This document shows positions 12,301 through 27,300 of a DNA stretch of 64,000 nt, piece after piece; positions within the stretch are counted from its first letter, which is position 1; each line of letters starts with the position of its first letter. Source of the stretch: Nemertoderma westbladi (lineage: Eukaryota; Animalia; Xenacoelomorpha); assembly GCA_032718475.1 (NCBI GenBank), contig JAUCBJ010002409.1:1-64000 (forward strand), written 5' to 3'. Below the pieces are notes generated by a model. The model ran no database searches. It was not told the DNA's origin and saw nothing but the letters and a program-made list of their open reading frames with translations. The translations under genes and the position numbers were made by a program.

Positions 12301-15300
12301 ATTTTTACTGCAAATAGTATAAAATCTAAAGAAATAAAACGAAAATATAAAATATTATAAATATCCTAAAGATTCAAAATTTTGCTGGTCCAATTCTCTC
12401 CCTATAATGTTGAGTTGAATTATTTTATAGATTACCAGTGGGGTTATAACAACCCGACTGAAGGAAGCTGAGGAGACTGAGGCTAAGATCTCGGTTGCTA
12501 GGGAACGCTACCGACCCGTTGCTACCAGAGGGTCTGTACTTTATTTCATTGTTGCCTCTCTCGCCAATATCGATTCCATGTATCAGTTCTCTCTGAAATA
12601 TTTCAAACAGGTTAGAAACTTAGTGTCGAGTATTTATTCCTGGTGACTTACAACAATTTATCGTAGGCTCTAATATTAATTAATATTATTAAAAGTCTAT
12701 CTTCTAGTTTAGGTGCCCTAAGCAATTACAGACCACCATTGTGTAATATCGGTTGTTTATAGTTAACTGCCAGTATGTCGTTGTTGGGCCCAGTATTTGA
12801 CATTTTGTGGTTGTAAAATAAAATGCTAATTCGACATTTTATCTGATATAAATAATTAAATAATATCAAGTACTCTTTCATTTAATTATCGCCATCTTTT
12901 AATTACCTTGTCAGCTTTAGCATTACAGTTTTACTAGATTGTTGTATATAAATGTTGAAATATTGTAATAAAGATAGAAATTACATTACAAGAAATTACA
13001 ACAGTTTCCGTAGAGTTCAAAGGTTAACCAGTTGGTACATTAATAAATTGAATCGATAATTATTTATTAATTGAAGAGCTAATTAATATGATCGCTATTT
13101 ACCAGCATCGCTAATTAATTAATTTTGCTCTATAATTTTCTCAGCTATTCAACACGACTATAGAGGTGAGTGAGAAATCGTCTGACCTGGATGAGCGACT
13201 CAACATTCTCCTCAACGAGATCACCAGGTTTATCTACTCCAACGTCTCACGGGGTCTCTTCGAGAAAGATAAACTCGTCTTCTCTTTCATGATGTGCGGC
13301 GATATTATGAGACTGGAACGCGGAAGTATTACAGAGTTGGAGTGGAACCTATTCCTCCGAGGGGCTCCAGGAATGGACAGGGTGAGTGTTCTATCCGGGA
13401 TAAAATATACAAACATATGTCTGTATTATTTATTATATTTACATAAACTTTTTAATCCTTTTCAACACCAACCCATAAGTGTTTCAGGTGGTTTACCAAT
13501 AAATATTTCTCTATATTATATATTTAAATTAAAAAGATAAAAAATAACTTAATTTATAAATTTCAAATAAATTTTTTTAACAATTTTTTTGTAATATTAT
13601 TTATATTTATATCCGTAGCAACATCCCCCGAAACCCGATGTCCATTGGTTGACTCCGATTGTGTGGAAAAACATTTGTGATTTGGAAGAAACTCTTGATT
13701 GCTTTAAAGGAATACAACAAGCTATTGCTGTAACTTCTATAGCTGTAACAATAGGCGATGTTACGGTGAGTAAACCCTTCCTCATTGGTCAAATTTATTG
13801 CAATCTTAATTAATGTATTGCTGTAAAACCTGTAAAAAGGACAATGTATTCTATTGTTGTGATTTGATTTACCACAGGTTGATGGATTTCAAGGCGACAG
13901 CAGTGAAGCAATCAGCGGCGATGTCGTTTCGGATTGGGATTCCAGATTAACGAGTTTCCAAAAACTAATTCTAATCAAATCCGTTAAAGACGAAAAGGTA
14001 AACTAAATGAGTAAAGTAGAAAAGTAAAGTAGAAAAGTAAAGTAGAAAAGTAAAGTAGAAAAGTAAAGTAGAAAAGTAAAGTAGAAAAGTAAAGTAGAAA
14101 AGTAAAGTAGAAAAGTAAAGTAGAAAAGTAAATTAGAAAAGTAAAGTGGAAAAGTAAAGTAGAAAAGTAAAGTAGAAAAGTAAAGTAGAAAAGTAAAGTA
14201 GAAAAGTAAAGTAGAAAAGTAAAGTAGAAAAGTAAAGTAGAAAAGTAAAGTGGAAAAGTAAAGTAGAAAAGTAAAGTAGAAAAGTAAAGTAGAAAAGTAA
14301 AGTAGAAAAGTAAAGTGGAAAAGTAAAGTAGAAAAGTAAAGTAGAAAAGTAAAGTAGAAAAGTAAAGTAGAAAAGTAAAGTAGAAAAGTAAAGTAGAAAA
14401 GTAAAGTAGAAAAGTGAAGTGGAAAAGTAAAGTAGAAAAGTAAAGTGGAAAAGTAAAGTAGAAAAGTAAAGTAGAAAAGTAAAGTAGAAAATTCTCCCTC
14501 CATTCTGGAACCATCAGGACTCTGCCGCAATGACGGGAAGCGTGTAGACGGGGTGACACTTGTGCCTTGGTCCCAGGGTCGAATGCTAACCTGGGATGCC
14601 ACAGTGGTTGACCCCCTTGCCCCTAGTCACCGCCAACAGACGCTAATTGCAGGGGGTCGTGCTGCAGAGGGTGCCGAACAGGGAAAGAACTTGACATATG
14701 CGGAGGTGATGGAGCGGGGTCATATATTTCACCCTGTTGCGTTCGAGACCCTGGGGCGCCCCGGTCCGGAGACGTCCTCCTTCCTCCAGGAGATTGGGTC
14801 CCGTCTCCACACCATGACTCATGAGCCGCGCTCCCACAGGTTTCTACTTCAGCGTATCGTCATGGCCATTCTGGTGGGCAACGCGGCGTCTGTCCTGGCA
14901 ACTGCTGGCCCATCCCCTGGTGGACTCTTTGGGGATTAGGGCCCGGTCAGTAGCCTTTGCCGTAGCATACTCTAACGCAATGTTCAATGTATCGTATATT
15001 ACAATATTACTTTTAGTTTTATATTATATCTTAGTAACGGTGCCATTGTAACATCTCTATTTTTGATTTACACCGGTTTTTTGGTGTTAGAAATTTGATG
15101 GAATTCATATAAATTGGTTTATCTGTTATAGATGCTAATAATTTGTTATTTTTAATGTTTGTTGAAGTAGAAAAGAAAAGTAGAAAAGAAAAGTAGAAAA
15201 GAAAAGTAGAAAAGTAAAGTAGAAAAGTAAAGTGGAAAAGTAAAGTAGAAAAGTAAAGTAGAAAAGTAAAGTAGAAAAGTAAAGTAGAAAAGTAAAGTAG

Positions 15301-18300
15301 AAAAGTAAAGTGGTAAAGTGAAGTAGAAAGGTAAAGTAGAAAAGTAAAGTAGAAAAGAAAAGTAGAAAAGTAAAGTGGAAAAGTGAAGTAGAAAAGTAAA
15401 GGAGAAAAGAAAAGTAGAAAAGTGAAGTGGAAAAGTGAAGTAGAAAAGTAAAGTAGAAAAGTAAAGTAGAAAAGTAAAGTGGAAAAGTAAAGTAGAAAAG
15501 TAAAGTAGAAAAGAAAAGTAGAAAGGTAAAGTAGAAAAGTGAAGTAGAAAAGTAAAGTAGAAAGGTAAAGTAGAAAAGTAAAGGAGAAAAGAAAAGTAGA
15601 AAAGTAAAGTGGAAAAGTGAAGTAGAAAAGTAACGTAGAAAAGTAAAGTAGAAAAGTAAAGTGGAAAAGTAAAGTAGAAAAGTAAAGTGGAAAAGTAAAG
15701 TAGAAAAGTAAAGTAGAAAAGTAAAGTAGAAAAGTAAAGTGGAAAAGTAAAGTAGAAAAGTAAAGTAGAAAAGTAAAGTAGAAAAGTAAAGTAGAAAAGA
15801 AAAGTAGAAAGGTAAAGTAGAAAAGTGAAGTAGAAAAGTAAAGTAGAAAGGTAAAGTAGAAAAGTAAAGGAGAAAAGAAAAGTAGAAAAGTAAAGTGGAA
15901 AAGTGAAGTAGAAAAGTAACGTAGAAAAGTAAAGTAGAAAAGTAAAGTGGAAAAGTAAAGTAGAAAAGTAAAGTGGAAAAGTAAAGTAGAAAAGTAAAGT
16001 AGAAAAGTATAGTAGAAAAGTAAAGTAGAAAAGTAAAGTAGAAAAGTATAGTAGAAAAGTAAAGTAGAAAGGTAAAGTAGAAAAGTAAAGTAGAAAAGTA
16101 TAGTAGAAAAGTAAAGTAGAAAGGTAAAGTAGAAAAGTAAAGTAGAAAAGAAAAGTAGAAAAGTAAAGTGGAAAAGTAAAGTAGAAAAGTAAAGTAGAAA
16201 TTACTAACCAATTAAATAAAGATTTCATCCAAATAAAAATACTCATATACGAGTTTTCCTTTCCTTGTGTAGGTGGTAGTTTCTGCGAACCAGTTCGTTA
16301 CGGGGAACCTCGGTAAATTCTTTGTTGAGAACCCTCCGGTAGACTTGGCCGTTCTCTACAACGATATCTCCCCCACCGTTCCTCTCGTATTCATTCTCAG
16401 TACCGGAAGTGACCCGATGGCAGCATTCCAACGATTCGCAAAGGAACGAGGATGTTTGGACAAGTTAGTTGTGTTTTTTTTAATATAAGAAAGATGGCAA
16501 ACGCTATGAAATTGGGAAATAACGCGAATAGGTCAAATATTAAAAAAATAAGCCGGCGTGACACTACGGCTACTGTTGCGCTAATATATTATCCTGGTTT
16601 TACAGTTGAATTATATTCCATTCTGTTTAAGATGCCTTTTTGCTTGTATTCTAGAATTCAAGCGATTTCCCTCGGTCAAGGCCAGGGTCCGGTAGCCGAG
16701 AGAATGATATCGAGTGCCGTAAAGTCGGGTCACTGGATATTCTTACAGAACTGCCATCTGGCCGCATCTTGGATGTTATCTTTAGAGAATATAGTGAAGG
16801 TAGTACCGCATCTAATATGTTTATTTATTAAATATACATATTTTTATTTGCTATACTTTTATTTTAATGTATTTCAGAAAGGCAAATAATTTTAGTTTAT
16901 TTTATTTTTCATTATAACATTCGCCCACAGAACCTCGTCGAGGATCCAACATCGACACACGAAGAGTTCCGATTATTCTTGAGTTCTATGCCGACTAAGG
17001 CGTTCCCGGTATCGGTGCTGCAGAACGCTGTCAAAGTAACTAACGAACCTCCTAAGGGACTTCGAGCCAACATAAGGGGCGCCTTCTTCGGCTTAACTCA
17101 GCAATTCTTTGAAGAAAACAGTAAGTTGTAGTTTATAAATAAATAAATGTTAAGGAGAAACATTGAAGTCCCACCTCGGTGTAAAAAGTTGCATTGAATT
17201 CACATATCTCAGGAGGTCGTGAGTTCGATCCCTGGGTAGTTTTCGTTTCGGCACGAATGCTTTAAGGGGACTAGCCAGGTCGTATTTCTGCTTTTCATTC
17301 TTAAATGGTAGCTAAATGAGTAGCAGTTTCCTCTGGGGAGTATAGTTCTGGGGGGACCGCCTTGGAAATTAGTTGTCAGACGTGCGTAATCCATAAACGT
17401 TAAGTCGAAACTTTCAGTTTAAAAATAAATCAAAATAGTTAAGGAGAAACCTCCAGTTTAAATATATAAAAAGTTAATAAAAGTTATGGAGAAGGGCCCT
17501 ATCCAGTTTTGTTCACGCTGGGGAGATAATTATGTCAAAGCCAATCAAAGGTTAACTACACAACGATTAAATATTTAGTAAATGATGACAATCAATATTC
17601 ATTAGTAGTTATCGTTAGGAAATACTTGACTGCGATTGGATAACATTAGTAGCTATTATGTAAAATCAGCCCGTAATTATTAATAAAATGAATGATATTA
17701 CACCGGTAATTTACAAAGAGTGATCTACAAAAGCGTATCATGCATGATACATGAAATATGTTTCATGATGAAATGTTTTAGGTGCGGGGTGGATTGAATG
17801 TAATATAATCTTATTATTTCATTAGTTCTATCACGCCATATGGTATTCGATTCCATTGTATTTTATGTAAATATAATGTGTTGAGAGTTTTCTTTCGGTT
17901 GATTTTGAAATCTGAATTTATTATTATTTTAATTGTCTCTAGTTTTGGGTATTCAATGGAGGAAGATGGTATTTGGCGTCTGCACATTCCACGCAATCAT
18001 TCAAGAAAGAAAGAAGTTTGGACCTCTAGGTTGGAATATTAAGGTGAGTGCCTAATTAACAAGTCTTCCACTAGGGGGCGCATAGTATGCCTGTAAGACC
18101 TGAAGCCCCTTAAGGGTAGGAACTAAAAACGCTCCCCCAATCAAGACATTAAAATTAAATAAGCATGGAATATTCATAAATATTCGTATTCACTGCGGAA
18201 CACTGCTACTAATAAGAGATGCTATGCCGGCTTAACAAAACTATTTTTGCCACCACCATGCAATCCACAATTGGCATGATCCAATTTTAAGAATGCTATG

Positions 18301-21300
18301 CGGGCTTATCAACAACATTAGTCTGGTTGGAGATGTGTGCAACGTGCATTGTACTTGACACAGTGAACCCGACTTAGAATTCTTGTGAATGTGCCATCCA
18401 GAGATTTGGTGTCTTCCGAAGTTAGAGCCCAGCATGTACACTCATTAGGAGGAGTACTGGAACTACTGCTGCTCTAAATAATCTAAATAAACCTTTCAGC
18501 TTTCGATTAATTCTTTGTGAATTTCGAGATCAGTAATGTACTTGGCTGGATTTCCTCCCCGGCAGAGGTTCTCGGGGTAAAGTTTCTCTAATCTCATATG
18601 CCCAAACGGGACTACCGCTGTTTGGACATAGAGATAACCGAGTGTTTTTGCAAAGAGCTAAGTTGCAATAGTGTGGAAGCCGCATCAAGTATTTTACGAC
18701 TGAGGTGATTGTGTCCGTCTACTTTGTTAGATTGACTAAGACGTTATCGTTGACTAATTTCAAGATTGTTGGTAAATTACGAGGGCCACTTTGTCTTCTA
18801 ACGGATCCAAAGTCCCCCTCACCCGGTTTCTCATTTTCCTCTTCCCAGAGGTTATTCCTTCACAGTAGCTTACATCCCAACACACTTATTGATAATGATA
18901 CTATTATTAATTGTAGCTTACATCAATACACTAACTGTTGGTAATGATACCCGTTAAGGCATATTAAAAATAAGTTTTATGTAACTGAAATATGTTGATG
19001 TTATTGTTGGATAACAATATTAATTATCACTTTTATTTTATATACGCAGTATGAATTCTCCGAAAGCGATCGTGAATGCGCCATGGATAACCTGAATATT
19101 TATGTTTCTGAAGGCAGCATTCCTTGGACTGCGTTAGAGTTTATTACAGCTGAGGTGAGTGTGAGCATCACGTGATCTCTATATTTATGTTATTACCATA
19201 ACGACTGTTATTACAAAATATAAACAGGTAAAACCTCTAGTGTTACATCCCACAAACTAACAAAAAACATAGAATCAGGACGTTAACGCCCAAAATATTG
19301 TTCAGCCACTGGGAGTCGAGGTTTTACTTGTTTATTTTATATAATATATACAATATGCCCCCCTGTTAGTCAGTATGTCGCATGCAACCTTTATTTATGT
19401 TATAACCATAACTACTTTTATGTTATTCCCATAGCGACTTTATGTTATTCCCATAACGACTTTATGTTATTCCCATACCGACTTTATGTTATTTCCATAC
19501 CGACTTTATGTTATTCCCATAACGACTTTATGTTATTCCCATAACGACTTTATGTTATTCCCATAGCGACTTTATGTTATTCCCATAGATAACGTACGGC
19601 GGCCGTGTTACCGACGCTTGGGACCAACGGTGTTTGCGAACAGTTCTCAAGAGGTTTTTCGGTCGCAGGATTATGGAGCCGGACTATAAATACTCGGAAT
19701 CCGGTACTTATTACTGTCCGGAGGCGGATACTCTTACAGAATTCCGGTCCTACATAGACCAACTACCAATACTCGATCAGCCTGAAATATTTGGGATGCA
19801 CGAGAATGCTAACATTACCTTCCAGGTTGATAATAATTATTATTGTTAACAAGAGTGGACGATTTTCTATGAATTTTAAATCTCTTCTTTCATAGGGTAT
19901 TTAAAAAAGGCAGTCATTTATCTATCTACTAAAAATAACTAAATATTATGATATTAATATGACAATAATTAATAATATTAATAATTTTTTTTTTAATATA
20001 CGCCCCCACTCGGGGCAATTCGGGTACTTTATTTATATAGTCCAGCTATTAAAAGGTATTTATACTGGATACAGAACAATAAAATAAAACAATATAGAAA
20101 TAAAACTTTGTAGAAAACTGTTAATAGACAGTTTTAAAAGGACTGGTTAGCATTACAGTTAGTGAAGTGATGGTGTTTTGAGAGACCTATTCTTAATATT
20201 CTATAATAATAATATCACCAAATTTTAACAGGAAAATCACTAAAATATTTAGTGTCCACTATAATTATATTAATTATCACTAAAATCTATTGATTGTCAT
20301 TAAAAGGGAAAGGAGCAGGTTACAGCGACACGTTGTTCTAACCATAACATTCAACTAAATTCAATAGAACACCTTACAGTTATAGTTTTAGTGATAAAAA
20401 AAATAGTAAATATTTGTACGTTATATATGTACTGAATATTAGACAACACTTTTAATTATCCTTAAAGCAATTTTTTAACTTTTTTTTTGAGTTTAGATGC
20501 AAGAAACGTCTGCGTTGATTGGAGTTATACTCGGTGTTCAACCCCGTTCGGAGGCGGGGGGAACGGGTAAATCGAACGATGAAATTGTCTACGAACTGGC
20601 CGAGAACATCCTCGATAAACTCATGGATAAACTCGATATGGAAGACGCCAAGAGAGATATGTTTGAGGTGAATAAATTGTTTGTTTTGTTTTTCCATAAC
20701 AACATTTAGGAATTTGTGTGATTTCCATTAAGGAGGATATATAAGTTTTACTACATTGTACGGAAACTGAAATAATAATTAATAAATAATTAATAATTAA
20801 TAGATTTTTGCCGAAAATTGGTGCAATAAATTATTATAAAGGCCATTATTTTTTTTAGTTGGACAAGAAAGGAAGGATGAACTCCCTAACAACGGTTCTC
20901 CTGCAGGAGGTCGATCGATTCAATAAACTGCTGGGCGTTATTAAGGTAAGTAAAGTATCTGTGTTCATTAATGGATATTAATTATCATTTTATACGGGTA
21001 TACCACCGTGTCGACCACACGATCATCGGATGGTTTTACTTTCATTTCCGTTAGTGCCAAGCACACGATCGGAGGGTTTTACTTTCATTTCCGTTAGTGC
21101 CAACCACACGATCGGAGGGTTTTACTTTCATTTCCTTTAGTGCCAACCACACGATCGGAGGGTTTTACTTTCATTTCCGTTAGTGCCAACCACACGATCG
21201 GAGGGTTTTACTTTCATTTCCGTTAGTGCCAACCACACGATCGGGGGGTTTTACTTTCATTTCCTTTAGTGCCAACCACACGATCGGAGGGTTTTACTTT

Positions 21301-24300
21301 CATTTCCGTTAGTGCCAACCACACGATCGGGGGGTTTTACTTTCATTTCCGTTAGTGTCAACCACACGATCGGGGGGTTTTACTTTCATTTCCTTTAGTA
21401 CCAACCACACGATCGGAGGGTTTTACTTTCATTTCCTTTAGTGCCAACCACACGATCGGAGGGTTTTACTTTCATTTCCTTTAGTACCAACCACACGATC
21501 GGAGGGTTTTACTTTCATTTCCGTTAGTGCCAACCACACGATCGGAGGGTTTTACTTTCATTTCCTTTAGTGCCAACCACACGATCGGAGGGTTTTACTT
21601 TCATTTCCGTTAGTGCCAACCACACGATCGGAGGGTTTTACTTTCATTTCCGTTAGTGCCAACCACACGATCGGAGGGTTTTACTTTCATTTCCGTTAGT
21701 GCCAACCACACGATCGGGGGGTTTTACTTTCATTTCCTTTAGTGCCAACCACACGATCGGAGGGTTTTACTTTCATTTCCGTTAGTGCCAACCACACGAT
21801 CGGGGGGTTTTACTTTCATTTCCGTTAGTGCCAACCACACGATCGGGGGGTTTTACTTTCATTTCCTTTAGTACCAACCACACGATCGGAGGGTTTTACT
21901 TTCATTTCCTTTAGTGCCAACCACACGATCGGGGGGTTTTACTTTCATTTCCGTTAGTGCCAATCACACGATCGGAGGGTTTTACTTTCATTTCCTTTAG
22001 TGCCAACCACACGATCGGAGGGTTTTACTTTCATTTCCTTTAGTGCCAACCACACGATCGGAGGGTTTTACTTTCATTTCCGTTAGTGCCAATCACACGA
22101 TCGGAGGGTTTTACTTTCATTTCCTTTAGTGCCAACCACACGATCGGAGGGTTTTACTTTCATTTCCGTTAGTGCCAATCACACGATCGGAGGGTTTTAC
22201 TTTCATTTCCTTTAGTGCCAACCACACGATCGGAGGGTTTTACTTTCATTTCCTTTAGTGCCAACCACACGATCGGAGGGTTTTACTTTCATTTCCTTTA
22301 GTGCCAACCACACGATCGGAGGGTTTTACTTTCATTTCCTTTAGTGCCAACCACACGATCGGAGGGTTTTACTTTCATTTCCGTTAGTGCCAATCACACG
22401 ATCGGAGGGTTTTACTTTCATTTCCTTTAGTGCCAACCACACGATCGGAGGGTTTTACTTTCATTTCCTTTAGTGCCAACCACACGATCGGAGGGTTTTA
22501 CTTTCATTTCCTTTAGTGCCAACCACACGATCGGAGGGTTTTACTTTCATTTCATTTAGTGCCAACCACACGATCGGAGGGTTTTACTTTCATTTCATTT
22601 AGTGCCAACCACACGATCGGAGGGTTTTACTTTCATTTCCTTTAGTGCCAACCACACGATCGGAGGGTTTTACTTTCATTTCCTTTAGTGCCAACCACAC
22701 GATCGGAGGGTTTTACTTTCATTTCCTTTAGTGCCAACCACACGATCGGAGGGTTTTACTTTCATTTCATTTAGTGCCAACCACACGATCGGAGGGTTTT
22801 ACTTTCATTTCCTTTAGTGCCAACCACACGATCGGAGGGTTTTACTTTCATTTCCTTTAGTGCCAATCAGACGATCGGAGGGTTTTACTTTCATTTCCTT
22901 TAGTGCCAACCACACGATCGGAGGGTTTTACTTTCATTTCCTTTAGTGCCAACCACACGATCGGAGGGTTTTACTTTCATTTCCGTTAGTGCCAATCACA
23001 CGATCGGAGGGTTTTACTTTCATTTCCTTTAGTGCCAACCACACGATCGGAGGGTTTTACTTTCATTTCCGTTAGTGCCAATCACACGATCGGAGGGTTT
23101 TACTTTCATTTCCTTTAGTGCCAACCACACGATCGGAGGGTTTTACTTTCATTTCCTTTAGTGCCAACCACACGATCGGAGGGTTTTACTTTCATTTCCG
23201 TTAGTACCAACCACACGATCGGAGGGTTTTACTTTCATTTCCTTTAGTGCCAACCACACGATCGGAGGGTTTTACTTTCATTTCCGTTAGTACCAACCAC
23301 ACGATCGGAGGGTTTTACTTTCATTTCCTTTAGTACCAACCACACGATCGGAGGGTTTTACTTTCATTTCCTTTAGTGCCAACCACACGATCGGAGGGTT
23401 TTACTTTCATTTCCTTTAGTGCCAACCACACGATCGGAGGGTTTTACTTTCATTTCCTTTAGTGCCAACCACACGATCGGAGGGTTTTACTTTCATTTCA
23501 TTTAGTGCCAACCACACGATCGGAGGGTTTTACTTTCATTTCCTTTAGTGCCAACCACACGATCGGAGGGTTTTACTTTCATTTCATTTAGTGCCAACCA
23601 CACGATCGGAGGGTTTTACTTTCATTTCCTTTAGTGCCAACCACACGATCGGAGGGTTTTACTTTCATTTCCTTTAGTACCAATCACACGATCGGAGGGT
23701 TTTACTTTCATTTCCTTTAGTGCCAATCACACGATCGGAGGGTTTTACTTTCATTTCCTTTAGTGCCAACCACACGATCGGAGGGTTTTACTTTCATTTC
23801 CTTTAGTGCCAACCACACGATCGGAGGGTTTTACTTTCATTTCCTTTAGTGCCAACCACACGATCGGAGGGTTTTACTTTCATTTCCTTTAGTGCCAACC
23901 ACACGATCGGAGGGTTTTACTTTCATTTCCTTTAGTGCCAACCACACGATCGGAGGGTTTTACTTTCATTTCCTTTAGTGCCAACCACACGATCGGAGGG
24001 TTTTACTTTCATTTCATTTAGTACCAACCACACGATCGGAGGGTTTTACTTTCATTTCCTTTAGTGCCAACCACACGATCGGAGGGTTTTACTTTCATTT
24101 CCTTTAGTGCCAACCACACGATCGGAGGGTTTTACTTTCATTTCCTTTAGTGCCAACCACACGATCGGAGGGTTTTACTTTCATTTCCTTTAGTGCCAAG
24201 CACACGATCGGAGGGTTTTACTTTCATTTCCTTTAGTACCAACCACACGATCGGAGGGTTTTACTTTCATTTCCTTTAGTACCAACCACACGATCGGAGG

Positions 24301-27300
24301 GTTTTACTTTCATTTCCTTTAGTACCAACCACACGATCGGAGGGTTTTAGTTTCATTTCCTTTAGTACCAACCACACGATCGGAGGGTTTTACTTTCATT
24401 TCCGTTAGTGCCAATCACACGATCGGAGGGTTTTACTTTCATTTCCTTTAGTGCCAACCACACGATCGGAGGGTTTTACTTTCATTTCCTTTAGTGCCAA
24501 CCACACGATCGGAGGGTTTTACTTTCATTTCATTTAGTGCCAACCACACGATCGGAGGGTTTTACTTTCATTTCCTTTAGTGCCAACCACACGATCGGAG
24601 GGTTTTACTTTCATTTCCGTTAGTGCCAATCACACGATCGGAGGGTTTTACTTTCATTTCCTTTAGTGCCAACCACACGATCGGAGGGTTTTACTTTCAT
24701 TTCCTTTAGTACCAACCACACGATCGGAGGGTTTTACTTTCATTTCCTTTAGTACCAACCACACGATCGGAGGGTTTTACTTTCATTTCCTTTAGTGCCA
24801 ACCACACGATCGGAGGGTTTTACTTTCATTTCCTTTAGTACCAATCACACGATCGGAGGGTTTTACTTTCATTTCCTTTAGTGCCAACCACACGATCGGA
24901 GGGTTTTACTTTCATTTCCTTTAGTGCCAACCACACGATCGGAGGGTTTTACTTTCATTTCCTTTAGTGCCAACCACACGATCGGAGGGTTTTACTTTCA
25001 TTTCCTTTAGTACCAACCACACGATCGGAGGGTTTTACTTTCATTTCCTTTAGTGCCAACCACACGATCGGAGGGTTTTACTTTCATTTCCTTTAGTACC
25101 AACCACACGATCGGAGGGTTTTACTTTCATTTCCTTTAGTACCAACCACACGATCGGAGGGTTTTACTTTCATTTCCTTTAGTACCAACCACACGATCGG
25201 AGGGTTTTACTTTCATTTCCTTTAGTGCCAACCACACGATCGGAGGGTTTTACTTTCATTTCCTTTAGTACCAACCACACGATCGGAGGGTTTTACTTTC
25301 ATTTCCTTTAGTACCAACCACACGATCGGAGGGTTTTACTTTCATTTCCTTTAGTGCCAACCACACGATCGGAGGGTTTTACTTTCATTTCCTTTAGTAC
25401 CAACCACACGATCGGAGGGTTTTACTTTCATATCCTTTAGTGCCAACCACACGATCGGAGGGTTTTACTTTCATTTCCTTTAGTACCAACCACACGATCG
25501 GAGGGTTTTACTTTCATTTCCTTTAGTACCAACCACACGATCGGAGGGTTTTACTTTCATTTCCTTTAGTGCCAACCACACGATCGGAGGGTTTTACTTT
25601 CATTTCATTTAGTACCAACCACACGATCGGAGGGTTTTACTTTCATTTCCTTTAGTGCCAACCACACGATCGGAGGGTTTTACTTTCATTTCCTTTAGTA
25701 CCAATCACACGATCGGAGGGTTTTACTTTCATTTCATTTAGTACCAACCACACGATCGGAGGGTTTTACTTTCATTTCCTTTAGTGCCAACCACACGATC
25801 GGAGGGTTTTACTTTCATTTCCTTTAGTACCAATCACACGATCGGAGGGTTTTACTTTCATTTCATTTAGTACCAACCACACGATCGGAGGGTTTTACTT
25901 TCATTTCCTTTAGTGCCAACCACACGATCGGAGGGTTTTACTTTCATTTCCTTTAGTACCAATCACACGATCGGAGGGTTTTACTTTCATTTCCTTTAGT
26001 GCCAATCACACGATCGGAGGGTTTTACTTTCATTTCATTTAGTACCAACCACACGATCGGAGGGTTTTACTTTCATTTCCTTTAGTGCCAACCACACGAT
26101 CGGAGGGTTTTACTTTCATTTCCTTTAGTACCAATCACACGATCGGAGGGTTTTACTTTCATTTCCTTTAGTGCCAACCACACGATCGGAGGGTTTTACT
26201 TTCATTTCCTTTAGTGCCAACCACACGATCGGAGGGTTTTACTTTCATATCCTTTAGTGCCAACCACACGATCGGAGGGTTTTACTTTCATTTCCTTTAG
26301 TGCCAACCACACGATCGGAGGGTTTTACTTTCATTTCCTTTAGTACCAACCACACGATCGGAGGGTTTTACTTTCATTTCCTTTAGTGCCAACCACACGA
26401 TCGGAGGGTTTTACTTTCATTTCCTTTAGTACCAACCACACGATCGGAGGGTTTTACTTTCATATCCTTTAGTGCCAACCACACGATCGGAGGGTTTTAC
26501 TTTCATTTCCTTTAGTACCAACCACACGATCGGAGGGTTTTACTTTCATTTCCTTTAGTACCAACCACACGATCGGAGGGTTTTACTTTCATTTCCTTTA
26601 GTGCCAACCACACGATCGGAGGGTTTTACTTTCATTTCATTTAGTACCAACCACACGATCGGAGGGTTTTACTTTCATTTCCTTTAGTGCCAACCACACG
26701 ATCGGAGGGTTTTACTTTCATTTCCTTTAGTACCAATCACACGATCGGAGGGTTTTACTTTCATTTCATTTAGTACCAACCACACGATCGGAGGGTTTTA
26801 CTTTCATTTCCTTTAGTGCCAACCACACGATCGGAGGGTTTTACTTTCATTTCCTTTAGTACCAATCACACGATCGGAGGGTTTTACTTTCATTTCCTTT
26901 AGTGCCAATCACACGATCGGAGGGTTTTACTTTCATTTCCTTTAGTGCCAACCACACGATCGGAGGGTTTTACTTTCATTTCCTTTAGTGCCAACCACAC
27001 GATCGGAGGGTTTTACTTTCATTTCATTTAGTACCAACCACACGATCGGAGGGTTTTACTTTCATTTCCTTTAGTGCCAACCACACGATCGGAGGGTTTT
27101 ACTTTCATTTCCTTTAGTACCAATCACACGATCGGAGGGTTTTACTTTCATTTCCTTTAGTGCCAACCACACGATCGGAGGGTTTTACTTTCATTTCATT
27201 TAGTACCAACCACACGATCGGAGGGTTTTACTTTCATTTCCTTTAGTGCCAACCACACGATCGGAGGGTTTTACTTTCATATCCTTTAGTGCCAACCACA

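Noticed and set aside
13160-13171. Consensus donor GAG|GTGAGT inside exon 13145-13381
   Set aside because: Conserved dynein sequence ([10 protein letters not shown]) continues in frame downstream, so this is not the main exon end.
13984-16246. Phe/Leu/Tyr-rich minus-strand ORFs resembling membrane proteins
   Set aside because: Translations of the 13-bp satellite.
17205-17410. B-box-like GAGTTCGATCC, possible tRNA or SINE
   Set aside because: No A-box or cloverleaf is evident; too weak to call.
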